Notes under the pieces: generated by a model
Database searches by the model: none
What the model was told of the DNA's origin: nothing
The model's input: the letters and a program-made list of their open reading frames with translations, nothing else
Shown here: piece by piece, positions 1-12,712 of the stretch
Layout of the letters: each line of letters opens with the position of its first letter
How positions within the stretch are numbered: position 1 is the first letter of the stretch
Made by a program: the position numbers and the translations under genes
Assembly (NCBI GenBank): GCA_016748015.1
Contig: JAAOMT010000551.1
Coordinates: forward strand, 1-22,890
Source: Geosiphon pyriformis uo1
Lineage: Eukaryota; Fungi; Glomeromycota
Direction: 5' to 3'
Length of the DNA: 22,890 nucleotides

Positions 1-1529
1 GTTTTTGTAATAATTAAAAAATCGTATTTTAATTTTTAATAATACTTAATAATAATATTTTGTTTAACAAAATATTTATGTTTTTAATATTATATATAAT
101 TATTTTTTAAATTAAATTATTATTTAAACAGATTAAATTTAAAATTGTTTTTACTGTATTCAAAACCAATATATTGGTTTTAAGACTACCAATTTTAAAT
201 ATTAATATTTTTAAATTATTTGCAAACAGCTTTTAAAACTTGTTTACAATAGACATAACTTGATAAATTGGTAATATTTTATTTACTATTATATTTAAAT
301 TAAAACTATTTCCTAATAGAAATAGACCAAAAATATTTTTTGTAGATATATTTTCTTAGTTTCAAATAAATTAAAAAGAAAAAAAAATCAATTTATGCAA
401 AATTACGAATATTTAATTAGCAGAAAAATCTAAAAAAATTTTTAAAATATTTAAATAATAATTTAAAGCCAAAACCATAAAATTATAAACCAAATGTTAA
501 ATAAATCTTTTATTATTAAAAATTTTTTGATAAAAAGTAGAATTTGCCAATAATTACTAAAACTTCTGTTTTGTTATCAAAAAAAATTAAATAAGAAACA
601 GAAACATGTTTTTTTGCATATATATATATATATAAAATATTATTTGTTTAAATTAAAAAGAGATTTTTTATTATAATTAAACAATTTTTTACTAATTAAA
701 TAATTTTCTAAAACATAACTAAATTGTTTATTATTAGTATACAAAAACCATATTAAACTAATTTAAAATAAGTTCACATCTTTATAAACTAGAATTAAAT
801 GAATAGTAATATCTTTAAATATAATTAAATTAAAATACATTATAATATAGCAGACTTTAATATATATAACCAAATTACATATTATAACACAAAATTATAA
901 AGTCAAAAATTTTGTTAAATATAATAGTTAATATATTCTCAGTTGTAAAAGTTTTTGAGTAAAGAGCAATAAATAAGCATAATATAAATATACTGTCATT
1001 TTAAAATGTTTTGTTTTGTCTTATCCAAATATGAGAATAGTAGATTTAAGAAAAAAACTTTACAAAAAAAATGCATAAGTTATGAGTTTAAACAATTAGC
1101 AAGATCTACTAGTTAGCTAATAATTGGCAAGTTTAGATTAACACTATTCACAATATCTGTAACATATAAGATTTGATTGGGAATATTTCACAGAAACTCG
1201 AGTTTAGCAGTATTTTATTTCTTTGAAGAAATATATACAAAAATAAATTAGTATAAGAAGAAAAAATCAAAGATTTTACAAGTCACTAATATATCTCTAA
1301 TTCCATAAAGTAAATAAATTAGCATATATAATACATGCAAAAAACTTGACTTTAATCAAAACAATTATTGTTTATAAAATATATGCAATCAGACACATAA
1401 TTATAAAACATAGATTTTATTCTATTAATATATATATTAGAACAAAAATTATAAGAAATTTTGGGATTGTAAAGCTAAGTCTCTTTAAATTAAAGATAAA
1501 TATTTTTTATTACTTTATTATATACTGTA

Positions 1530-2645
1530 TTTATTATAGCTTAAATAACTAAAAAAAATTTTTAATTTCTTAGCCAAAGACAAATTACTATATTCTACTT
1601 TATTTATTTTTAGGCTTTAGTCTATGTGTTTTAGTCCAATTTTATGATATTGCATTAAATTGATAGGACATAAGACTGTTTTTGACATAAAATATAAAAT
1701 ATAACTGAAAAAATTTATTGGACTGTTTGATATAAACACAAGATTGTTTTATGTTTTATGTATATAATATCTTAAACTTATATACTACTTTGAACTCTCA
1801 AATAAAGTAATCAAAAAAATTATTATCTTAATTTTAAACAAAGTTGTGGGTTTAATAATACATCATTAACTAAAATTTTTCAGTTATATTTTAACTTAAT
1901 TTATCTTAATATTTTTGACAATAAAAAATTAACTAATTTTTTATTATTAAACTTATAAAAAAATGTCCTAAATTGGAACAGAAATATTATTGATAAGTCT
2001 ATTTATAAAATTGCAAGATTGTGTTATAGCTTAAAACATCTAGAAATAAACAGTTGTATTATTAATAAATCTATATGTAAAATTACACAATCCAATTCCA
2101 ATATCTAATCTTTAAATTTTAATAACTATAGGATGCTTATTGATGCCATAATCTTTGTTTTTGTAGATTTATACTCAGATCTGAGAAAATTAAATCTTAG
2201 TAATTATAATAAAGTAACTGATATAGGCATCAAACAAATTACACAATATCATAATCTAGAACACCTTGTATTTAAATTGTTGAAATTTTTTAACAATAAA
2301 ACAATATGTATTATTATACAATTATGTTCAAATATTTGTTATCTTAGCCTGAAATTTTGCTATATTATTAATACTATAGTAGAAACAACAGCAAATTTAT
2401 ACTACAATATAAAATGTTTTAATCTTTATGGATCAGAATCTATTACTAATTTATCTATTTTTAAAATAGCCAAAAAGTGTTCTTATATTTAAGATTTCAA
2501 ATTGGGATATTGTAAACTTTTCACTAATATAACTATCAAAAATATTATACACTATTTATTTGATCTAAAATACCTCAGATTAAAACATTGTATAAATATT
2601 AGCAAAAAAGCATTAGACATATTAGATTTTGATCTCGAAATAAGT
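1530..2645 (+). pseudogene. F-box/LRR (RNI-like, AMN1/FBXL-type) protein pseudogene
   Basis: Manual translation from ~1561 gives FNFLAKDKLLYSTLFIFRL*SMCFSPIL*YCIKL, an F-box with stops at Trp positions. Cysteine-containing LRRs follow: YLNFKQSCGFNNTSLTKI, IDKSIYKIARLCYSLKHLEINSC, ORF 2133-2492 LRKLNLSNYNKVTDIGIKQI, and after its TAA DFKLGYCKLFTNITIKNI..LKYLRLKHCINISKKAL. Multiple stops and at least one frameshift; GTAAGT donor-like site near 2644. Confidence 0.85.
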
Positions 2646-4440
2646 AAGTATTATACAATATTATTTACTTTATAATTAGAAAAAAATCATATTCTGGTAA
2701 GTAAGTTAATTTGCTACTAAATATAAGATATGTTATTCTAAAGTATATTAAAAATATTAAGCTATAATATTACAAAGTATATTATAATCTGAAATAATTT
2801 GACTTTAATTGAGATAAATAATTACTTACTTCTTTTATTTATCTTAACTAGAAAAACTTTTCAATGTATTTAGTCTTTTTACTTCACGATAACTTCTTAT
2901 TTTCATAATTAGTATGTTTTTACAAATATTTAAATATCTTTAATAATCTTTTTAATATAAATAAATAAATAGTAATTCAACTTATATAATGACTAAAGCT
3001 AAAAACAACATTGAATCTTATAAAAAAATTGAAATAGTACTTGTAATTTTGATTAAGCAACAGATTATATCAAATAACAATTATGAGTCTTAAAATAATA
3101 ACATACTTGTATATAGTTTTATTAATAAAGTAATATCTAGTCTTAGATTTCAAATGTTAAATAAAACAATTCAAATTTTTTTCCACTAATTACTAAAGAT
3201 AGTAAAATTTGAAGTTTGTTAAAAAATTATAAACACAATAACAAATCCAAAATTTTTTTGACATAAATACATTTGATATAAAGTAAAAAAAAAAATTAAT
3301 CTTAGTAGTTTATTATTTTTATTTTTATCTGAGTTTAAGACTGACTTTCTAAGTTGAGTTTTTTTATTTTAATATATAATGCTAAATATGTATTGTTAAA
3401 ATAATTATTTACTGCATTAAAAAGTGGCTGAAGTTCTTAGATCAAATCCTGAACACACTTATAATGCTTCTGAAAATATGTAAAAGCAGAATTTAAAATG
3501 ACATATGGTATATTATTATTATTGGTAAAACAATTAAAATATTTTATTAAATTTTTGATGAATTAGTTAGATTAATGAAAAAACTTATTAAAGTTTGTTT
3601 ATAATATTGATTTACTATTACTTGTATAGTTTTTATGGTCAGGTGGTTATTGAAATTGAAAAAATCTATTATTATTTTACCAATTGCATTTTTAAAACAC
3701 TTAGGTTTAGAAACATACTTGTAACTATTTAAATAAATATCACTTACAATCTTTTTAGTTGCTTTATTTACTATAAAAAGTTTATTATTTGGATAATATA
3801 AGAATACATTTAGGATATTATAAAGTTTTATAGGACTTTTTTGGATTTTTATATGTAGTTTGTATATGTGTTTTGTTTTTTTTTTATAGGTAATAGCAAT
3901 AATGTCAAAATTTTTAATTTTTTCAAAACTTGTCTATTGTTCAAACTTTTCTCATAGTTTTAGCATAAAAAATTTTATATTTCAACAATTTTAAATATTA
4001 AGTAAATGCTAAGAATTCTTTATTGTTATTGGAAATTAAATTAGTTGTATTTATTTTAATAATATGTCCTTAAAATTTATTTTCTAAAAGTTTTTTAATA
4101 AGATTATTAGATTTAAAGTTCTTATAAATCTAATATAACTAAAGATTTTTTTTTTATAAGTTTGCAAGTCTCCACTTGTGTTTTGTGCTAAGAAAAAAAT
4201 ATGATAAATATAAAAATATGTAGATATTAAAGAGATAATATATTTTAAAGAATATAAATTTTAAAAAAAATAAAAAGAATACACACAAAAAATTTCTTAT
4301 TTTATAGACAGCTTGGAGGTTTTAAAAAACATATTGGATTTTTTTTTTACTAAAAGACAATAATAATTTGGTAACTTATTCTTGAAGATAAAATATATAA
4401 AGTAAAACTTTGCAAGGGAGGGTTCAATCAGCCCCTAGAC

Positions 4441-4459
4441 CTGTCTCTTATACACATCT
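4441..4459 (+). other. Exact Tn5 mosaic end / Nextera adapter sequence CTGTCTCTTATACACATCT (possible assembly artefact)
   Basis: 19/19 match to the Tn5 ME. The usual Nextera continuations (CCGAGCCC.., GACGCTG..) are absent. It is preceded by a GC-rich 30-mer resembling a DNA-transposon terminus, so its origin is ambiguous. Confidence 0.65.
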
Positions 4460-4879
4460 AAGGTAAGCAATTTACTTTATAATTTGTTTCAAATTATATA
4501 TGAATCAATAATGATTCAGATGTGTTTGTTCAATTTAAGCTAAATAATATAAATATTAATATATTTTCTTTTTGTAATTTCTTTATAACTATTTTTAATT
4601 ATATAAAAATTTATAAACAAAGCTAAAAAAGTTAAAGATTGAAAATTCTCTGAAATTCTTCTTGTAGTTATAGATAATCTTTCTTTTTTATATGTACAAG
4701 ATATTACTTTTTTTTTAAAGTTATTTTTTAACAAAAATTTCTTAGATTTATTATTATTATTATTTAGATAATACAATATAAAAAAGCTGTTAAGTTTATA
4801 AAATGTTTAAGTTTAAAATGATTTCTAAAATACAACTCTTAATTTTATTGCTTTGAAATTAGATTATTTTATTAATATA

Positions 4880-5352
4880 ACCAGTTTTTTGAATTAATTT
4901 AATTTACTAGTCAACAAAATATTCAACACAAAGTTTTTTATATTAAAATTTTTTATTTTCTAAATAAAAATTGTAAAAACTTAAACCTAAAAAATAATTT
5001 AATTTATTTTATTTAATATAAATTTCTAATAAAGTGTTTATTTATAACATAATTAAAAAAATAGAATGCCATTTTTTTACAATAAAAACCAGCTTTTTTT
5101 TATATATCTTGTTTTAAAAAATAAAATATAGGCTTACAGTGAAAAAATTATACATTATTTATATTACAAAAATTTTTATATTGAATAAAATAAGTTTTTA
5201 ATTTATTATTTAATAAATATTTAACACAAGATTTTAAATATTAAAATTTTTCATTTTTTAAAAACATAAATTGTAAAAACTTAAATTGATATTTTTAATT
5301 TAACTTATTTAATATAAATTTTTGATAAAATATTTATTTATAATATAATTAT
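4880..5352. repeat. Degenerate direct duplication, ~300-bp period (about 4880-5055 vs 5190-5352)
   Basis: The blocks aacacaa..tattaaaatttt..aaattgtaaaaacttaaa..ttatttaatataaattt..tttatttataa(c/t)ataatta occur twice, ~300 bp apart. Confidence 0.7.
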
Positions 5353-7722
5353 AATATAATTAAATATAGACTTATTGTAAAAAAAGTTATATGTTATTTC
5401 TTATAAACTATAATATACTAAGAAAATTTATTAAATATTTTGGAATATTTAATTAACTTACTAATTTGGTTAATTAATAATAAAATATTCAAATATATAT
5501 AAAAAATTAAACTAATTTTTGGTTTTTAAGTAGATTAAACATTAATTATTAAATACTTTTTGGATTAATTAATTATTTGTTTGTTTTGCTGTATTATATA
5601 TATATATTTTTATTATTTTTATATAATAAATTTATCTTATTTAAATATTTAAGCTTTTTAGATAATTTAGCTAAAAAATACTTATTTAATTAATATAAAT
5701 TAAGTAAGAATTATTGGTGTTTTTTTTACAAAATTAGGTTTTATTTAATTTGTTTTTTTAATTAAAAATGTTTTTTTGTTATTTAAAAAGTTTATTAATG
5801 TAAATTGAAAAAAGAAAATATTGATTAATCAGTTTTGTTTTGGTTTTAATTTTAATAAAAACAAAAGTTTTTATTAGGATTTTAATTATTTTGTAAAGAT
5901 TTAAATATTTAAATCAAATTTTAATGTAATTGTAATAATTTTAATTAATTTTAATATTATTTCTTGTTTTATTAATAAAAATTTACAAATTAACAAAATA
6001 TATTAATTATAAATAAATATTATTTTATATTATTAAAAATTATTAATAATTGATTTATTATTTTTGAAAATATTAAATAAAAAACTTATTAATTAATTTT
6101 TAATATTATAAAAAGTTTATTTTATGTTGTTATTTTTAAGTTTTTTGGTTATAGTTGTATTATTTGATAATTAATTAAAAAAACACAAAATTAAGTTAAT
6201 CTAAAATATGTAAATTCTTACAGAAATTGAGAAATAATTATTGAAAAATTCCAGTTAATACTTTAAAAATAGCTATATAATTGATTTTTTAAATTTAGTT
6301 AAGTTGTATTAATTAAACTATAGTTTATTGTTTTTGGCAAAAAATTGTTGCTAAGTTTATTAAATTAAGCCAAACTAATTTGGTGGCTTTTAAATAGTTT
6401 GTTTTAATTAAAAAAATACTATATATATTATTAAAATTAATATAAACAAGACTTTTTAATGAAAAAAAAACAAATATTAAGTTTTGTTTATTATCTTATT
6501 TATAAACACAGATGCTTATATTTTTTTGAAATATAATTCTACTGAAAAAAAAATTTATTTTTAAAAAGGTTTTATTTTTTATTAAATTTTGGATAAATAC
6601 TGATAACTTGTAATTTTGTAAAATAATTATGTTTATTTAATCATCATAATTAATAATTTTTATAAGTACTTGTAAATTATATTTAATAATAATTTATTTT
6701 GTTTAAATTATTGAAACTCAAATTACTGAAAATTTAATTTTTTGCTTAATCTGCTTATAAATAAAAAATTACATATATTTTTACATTTAATTTTTGTTTT
6801 TTTAAATTCAATGATAAAGCTTTATTAAATATTTAAAAATAAGTAATATTATAATGTATTGTTTTAGAGCTTTAAGTTTTTTCATTAAAAATTATATAAA
6901 ATAATATTTTAATATTGAATTGTATTTATAACAAAAACTTTAATTAAATAATAATTTTATTAATAAAAAAAACTTTTAAATTAACTAAAATAAAACTTTA
7001 AAATAAATACAATTTTACATAATAAAGCTTTATTATTAAAAAACTTATTTATTTTACATAATAAATTATTATTATTTAATTATTAATTAACAATATAATA
7101 TATTATTATTAAATATTACACATAATTTTAATATTAAACAAATATTATACATATTAAAATAAATTAATATAATTTGTTTTGTGTTTGAAATTATGTTAAT
7201 ATTATAAAGTTATTCTTAATATTTAATATTTTTAAAATTTTTTCTTATTTAAAGTTTTTTCTAAGTGACTAATTAAAATTAGTTAAATATAATTATGACT
7301 GAAACAAAGAATCTTAAGATTTTTAACAACAAAATAGTAACCAAGCTATTTTTTGCAACTTTTTTTATATATTGTTTAAATAGTAATAAAAACCAGAAAA
7401 AAATATTTTTTGTGTTTTTTAGAGTGCTACTTTTACTTTAAAGTCTGAATTTTTTTTAGTGAGAAACATAACATTAATTTTATTTAGTTTTTTTGGTGTT
7501 TATATTAATTCTATTACAATAATATTAATTATAAGCTTAATTTAAATTTAATTATAAACAATATTTTTATTATTTAAATAATAATAATAATAAATAATAT
7601 ATCTGTTAATAATAAGTTAATTATTAAAAATTAAAACTAGTTTTATGACTGATACATTAAGCTATTCTATATGTTCAAAAATAAATCTAATATAAAAGAT
7701 ATTTATTTTGTAATTAATTTAG

Positions 7723-8290
7723 TTATTTAAAAAAGTGGTATCTTATTAAGAACTCAAATTTTTTATTGTAGTAAATATTACTAACTAAATAAATATTATG
7801 TTCTTTTTTTATGAATATATTATTCCAAATATTTTTATGCCAGTTAATTTTTGGGTTTAAGAATGCAGAATATCTTGCTTTCTCTGCCTTTTCTGTCCAA
7901 TCAAAGTTAATAAATTTAATATCAGTTTGTCCAAACTTAATACAAACTATGATGTTCATGTTATAAAGATTTTTATTTACTAAACTAAATTTCTGAAATT
8001 TTTACATAGCATTCTTAACTGCACTTTTTGTTAATTGAATTGTTTCTAAGTTAAGATAAATTAGTGTTTTATATTCTTCTAAATACTTTATAATAATAAT
8101 TTTTTATCTTTTTTCAAGTTGATTTATTGCCAATAATTTGGGAGTTGAACCAAATTCAAAGTATTTTTTATCTACAGCTTTAGAATATTCTTGGGTAAAT
8201 TTAATCAGAACTTTTTTTTACTGATTTTCTACTTGTATTTTTGCAATTCATAGATAGTAGGTGCCTAAGAATTTTATTTGATATGTTAAT
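7723..8290 (-). pseudogene. Protein kinase-like (APH/RIO-like fungal family) pseudogene
   Basis: The minus strand reads KKVLIKFTQEYSKAV..FGSTPKLL..KIIIIKYL..AVKNAM*KFQKFSLVNKNLYNMNIIV..IKFINFDWTEKAEKARYSAFLNPKINW..IKKEHNIY. This matches the pattern VKF..Y..G.AP.L..VVMEY..VHGDLR..NI.V..KLIDFDW.G..ARYP.FLN..I.W..KEHD, with catalytic HGDLR decayed to NKNLY and several in-frame stops. A decayed charged, coiled-coil-like segment at ~8480-8700 may be its N-terminus. Confidence 0.8.
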
Positions 8291-9647
8291 ATTTACTGTA
8301 ATTATACATGGTTTTATTTAAGGTAAAAATATATGTAAGATAATTAGATATGATGAAAGGAACACAAACAGCATTAGAGATTGATACATTGGGTTTTATA
8401 TTAATTTATATTTAAAGTTAGAGAATATTTAGAATCAATAGTAGCAGAATATATACAAACAAACTATCTAGAATCTCTATATATCTTTGTTTATTTCCAG
8501 CTTTTTTTCTTGTCTTTTTAGTTCTTGTTTTTCTTCTTTTTATATTGTTCTTTTATAATTGTTTCTTTATATTCTGTTAATTAGCTTATTCTGCAATTTG
8601 TTTAATCTATTTGCCTTTTTACCCTCTCTAAATCTCTTTAGCTTTTTTATATATCTCTAATACTAAACTATAGCCAGCTTTAGTTGATATTTAATAGCTT
8701 CAATGCTGATCATGTTGTTTTGTGTGTTTTGTTATGGTTTAAAAAAATATTGCATTGATATTTGTTTAATTTGTGTTAATAACGTTTCAGATTTTTAATT
8801 ATCAGTATAAATTTATGATTTAAATAACAAAGCCATTATTTTTAAATTGCATTAATAATAGCTGGTGCTAAAAATTTAATCTTTGCAATATTATTTTTAA
8901 TAATTATTGTATTGTGCAATATTTATTATATATTATTAATAATCTTAAACAAACATTGTTTAATGAAATATTTTTAAATTTTACTATATTTAATTTAATT
9001 TTTTTGTTATTTGTTTTTTTTAAAAATGTTTTATTGAGTATTATTTATTTATTTTCTTACAACATATAAACATTTTAAAATAATATAAATCATGCTTTTT
9101 TTAAATGTAACCAACTATTTGAGCCAAATAAAACAGCAATAAAATTAAATTCCGAATTTTTAATTAACCAAATTCAATATTTAAAATACCTTATATGCTG
9201 ATTTTTTTAAATAAAACTATATTTATTTAAAATTTTCAAGCCAATTTTGTTAATATGCTTAATTAAATTAACATAGTTAAAATATATCTTTAAAAATCAA
9301 ACTTTTTTGTTTATAGTATATTTTAAGCTTGGCTGTAAGAATTTATATATTACTTTTAACATATTATTAAAAATATTCAATCCAATTTAACTATTTGGTT
9401 AAAACACTTAAAAATTTGAATAATTTCTTATTCCAATTTTTTAAAACAAATTATTTGGTTAAAATCACATATATTTTTTATTATTTAATATATTAATATT
9501 AATTTGCATATTTTAAATTAGAAAATTACAAATCTTGATAATGTGTATTAACAATTAAATATTATACATATTTTTATTATTAGTATAATATATTAAATAA
9601 TTATATTATGTTATATTTAATGTATATTTTAAATTGTATTATATATA

Positions 9648-10909
9648 CAGTCTGGTAAAAAAAAATAAAAATAATTACTATGTCTTAATTAATGTACCAA
9701 ATTACATAAAACAATTTTTATTAAAAAGTTAAATACCATATAATTTTATTAAAAAAAATTAATAGAAAATTCTTTTACAATTTGTTTTAATTATTATTTT
9801 ACAATGCTACTTTATTAATCTTACTAAACCAATTAAGGTAGATTCAAAAATATCTTGCCACTTTTTTCCTATAAATTTTTTTAATTCACTATGATTTTGA
9901 GGTATTTTTTTTTCTATATTTTTTTTAACAATAGCCCAAAGATTTTTTATTGAGTTTAAGTCAGAACTATTAAATAACTACTTCAACAAATCAGTTGTAT
10001 TCTCAACAATAAACTTTTTGGCAAGCTTGTTAGTATGCTTAAGATTATTATCTTGTTGAAATCACTAATTACCTTTCAGCATTGCTTTAATTTCAGATAA
10101 GTGGTTATAAAAAATATCTATATAAAATTGAGCATTTATTATTTAAAAAAAACAGAATAAATTAGTTTCTTTTTTTATAGAAATCCTGCACATGAAAATT
10201 TTTGTTTAATGTTTAGGCATAGGATGAATTGGTCAAGTACTTTTATGCTAACATTTTATTATGTTTTGAAAAAATTGAAAAGATGTTTCATCAGTAAAAA
10301 CTATTCATTTCCAATTATTGTTCAGGTGTTTTTTGGCCCATTTTACATGTTTTTGCTTATTTTTTTTAATCAGTATTGGAGTTGCACTAGGAAGACTTTT
10401 TTTATAATTAAGATTAAATAAATGGTTTGAATAGTAACATAAAAAACATTTATTCTCTTCTTAGGTAACTTTATTGCTAAATATCTAGATAAAATTAAAA
10501 AATCTTTACAAATAATTTGCTTTAATACTTTTAAAAAATTTCCCATAATTTTTTTTGGCCGACTATTACTACTTGTATGCTTTATTGTTTTTTTTTTTGA
10601 GTTTTTTGAGAATATTATAGATTGTAAAAAGAAATATATTCATGTTATTCTGTATTTTTTTTGCCTTTTGTATTTCTTGCTTCTAAAAATGTAATAAAAC
10701 TTGCCATTGCATTTTTTGCTTAAAGTTAGTATTTCAAAAACAAGTTTTAAAAAAAACTATTAGTTAATATACAAGAAAATGTTTTTAGAGCTTAGCCATT
10801 TATATAATATTTTGTTCTATTTTTATCATTACAAAACTTACAAAAAATGATTAAACCAAATACAATCTTAATAGATTCATATTTTTCCAGTTTTTTTCTT
10901 ACCAGACTG
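9648..10909 (-). mobile_element. Tc1/mariner DNA transposon (Tc1, DD34E), full length ~1.26 kb, inactivated
   Basis: The left end is TA|CAGTCTGGTAAAAAAAA (9646-) and the right end is TTTTTTTCTTACCAGACTG|TA (-10911): inverted terminal repeats with a TA target-site duplication. A transposase relic lies inside. Confidence 0.93.
9759..10732 (-). pseudogene. Tc1 transposase pseudogene
   Basis: The minus strand gives NWK*IVFTDETSF (first Asp) and **FQQDNNLKHT...LLK*LFNSSDLNSIKNLWAIVK, corresponding to FQQDNDPKHT..WPSNSPDLNPIENLW. Exactly 34 residues separate the second D from the E position (now K). There is an N-terminal HTH-like segment. Many stops and frameshifts. Confidence 0.9.
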
Positions 10910-12712
10910 TATCTTATTTACAATATAAAGTTTTATAATTATTTTTATAATTTGTACTTAATTTTAAGTTTGTATTAAAATATCAAAAGTATAACAGATT
11001 TTTTTCAATTAAGCAATTTTACTATATTTTAAAGCTTAATTATTTTGCTTTTTATGTTGTATATTATATTGTATTGTATTATATATATCTTAAACACAAT
11101 TTTAATATTATAAAATATAATAACTTTCAACTTTTTTACAAAAATCTTCTATTTATAGGTTATTTTTTATATATATATTTATATAAATAATATACTGTTT
11201 TTCTTTATATTAGAAAGATATATTTATTATTTTTGTATTAAAGCCATATTTTGAAGAATTGCAACCAAGTTTGGCTATTTTTTTATTTAGCAATATATGA
11301 AAATAAATTAACATTACACTAAATTATAAAAATTATTAGAAATATAATATAAGAAATATTTTTAATTATGATAAAAAATATATACATATAAATTTTATTT
11401 AAAAGATTTTATATAATATTTCTTTAGCTTAAAATTGAATTATAATCATTTACACATATAATGCTGCTAAAATTTGAAAGTAACTTATAATAAAATCTTT
11501 ATTGTTTGAGTTGAAGATTGAGATTGAGATTGAAGTAAAAGTGAAAAAATTTTGAAAACAAAATTATTATCTGTTTAAGAACCATCCATATCTTAAGAAA
11601 TATTATTAACTTCACTTTTTTTAATGCTATTAATTGAAACTATTTAAAAGTTTAGAAATTTTAATTCTTTTGCATGGTCTAAAATTTAGAAAGCAAATGA
11701 TACAAGTTTATTTTTTGTGAATTTTTTACTTACTGTGGAATTGGAATTGAAAAAATGGATAAAAAAACTATGAACATCATTGTCAAAAAAACAAAAAGTG
11801 TAATTGTTGTTGTGTAAGACAAAGCATTTTTTAGATATTATAATATAATTTCACTAAAAAAAATTAGAATATATATATATTTAAGATCTAATTTCTTTTA
11901 GAATTAAGCCATAAGTTTAAAATATAATAATAATATTTTGTTATTATGTTTTATCTGTATTTATTAAGCCTTTGCTCTTTTGTTAATCTTAAATTATTTA
12001 GTTTATATTGCAATTAGATATTTATATATGAGACTTTATTTGGTTAAAAAAAAAATAAATCTGAAAAATACTGAATTTTTGGATTTAATTTCGAATTAGG
12101 AGTTATTTTTTAGAGAGTAATGCAGAATTAAAATAAATTTATGGTTTTTTAACTATTTAAGTCGATTTAATAAATTTTGATGAGATCAAATTTTTTAGAG
12201 CAAATTGGAATTTAAACTATTTTGGAATGTGATGTAAATTTTAAAATAAGAAGTAAAATACAAATTTCATTATTTGCTATTGCTAATAATTGTAAGATAA
12301 AGCAAAAAATAAATTGTTATGGAAAAATCAACAAATAAAATAAAAATAATTATTTGAGTTAAAACAAATATGATATAATACTTATCTTTATTTTATTTAT
12401 AACCTGACAAAGATATTAAAAAAGTTATGTAAATTTAATAAATTATTCTACCTTCAAAATAAAAGACTGGATAAAAATATGCTATAACAAAAGATGTCAT
12501 TATTAATCTTTAATTTTTTTTATAACTAATATAAGAATAAAAATCAAATAATTTAAAACATAAATTGCTATGCTAAAGATAGAAGCACAAAACATTTAAA
12601 GAGCAATTAGAAATAAAATTTTCTTATTTCAAAATGAGTTTGAATGTTGATCAGACCATTCTCAGAACTTTTAAAGTTTATTTCTTTTTTAAGAGTTTTT
12701 AAATTTAAAACA

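Noticed and set aside
162-250. 20-bp perfect palindrome AAAACCAATATATTGGTTTT (162-181) and an imperfect hairpin at ~220-250
   Set aside because: Both are AT-rich, and I found no partner end or associated element, so no function can be assigned.
1346-1552. 68-aa ORF
   Set aside because: Non-ATG start and I/K/Y/N-rich composition expected from AT-rich noise, with no motif.
3420-3760. Coding-like decayed stretch
   Set aside because: No recognisable motif in the frames translated.
4540-4776. 78-aa ORF
   Set aside because: Low-complexity AT-driven translation with a non-ATG start.
10209-10421. 70-aa ORF on the plus strand
   Set aside because: It is an antisense shadow of the Tc1 transposase.
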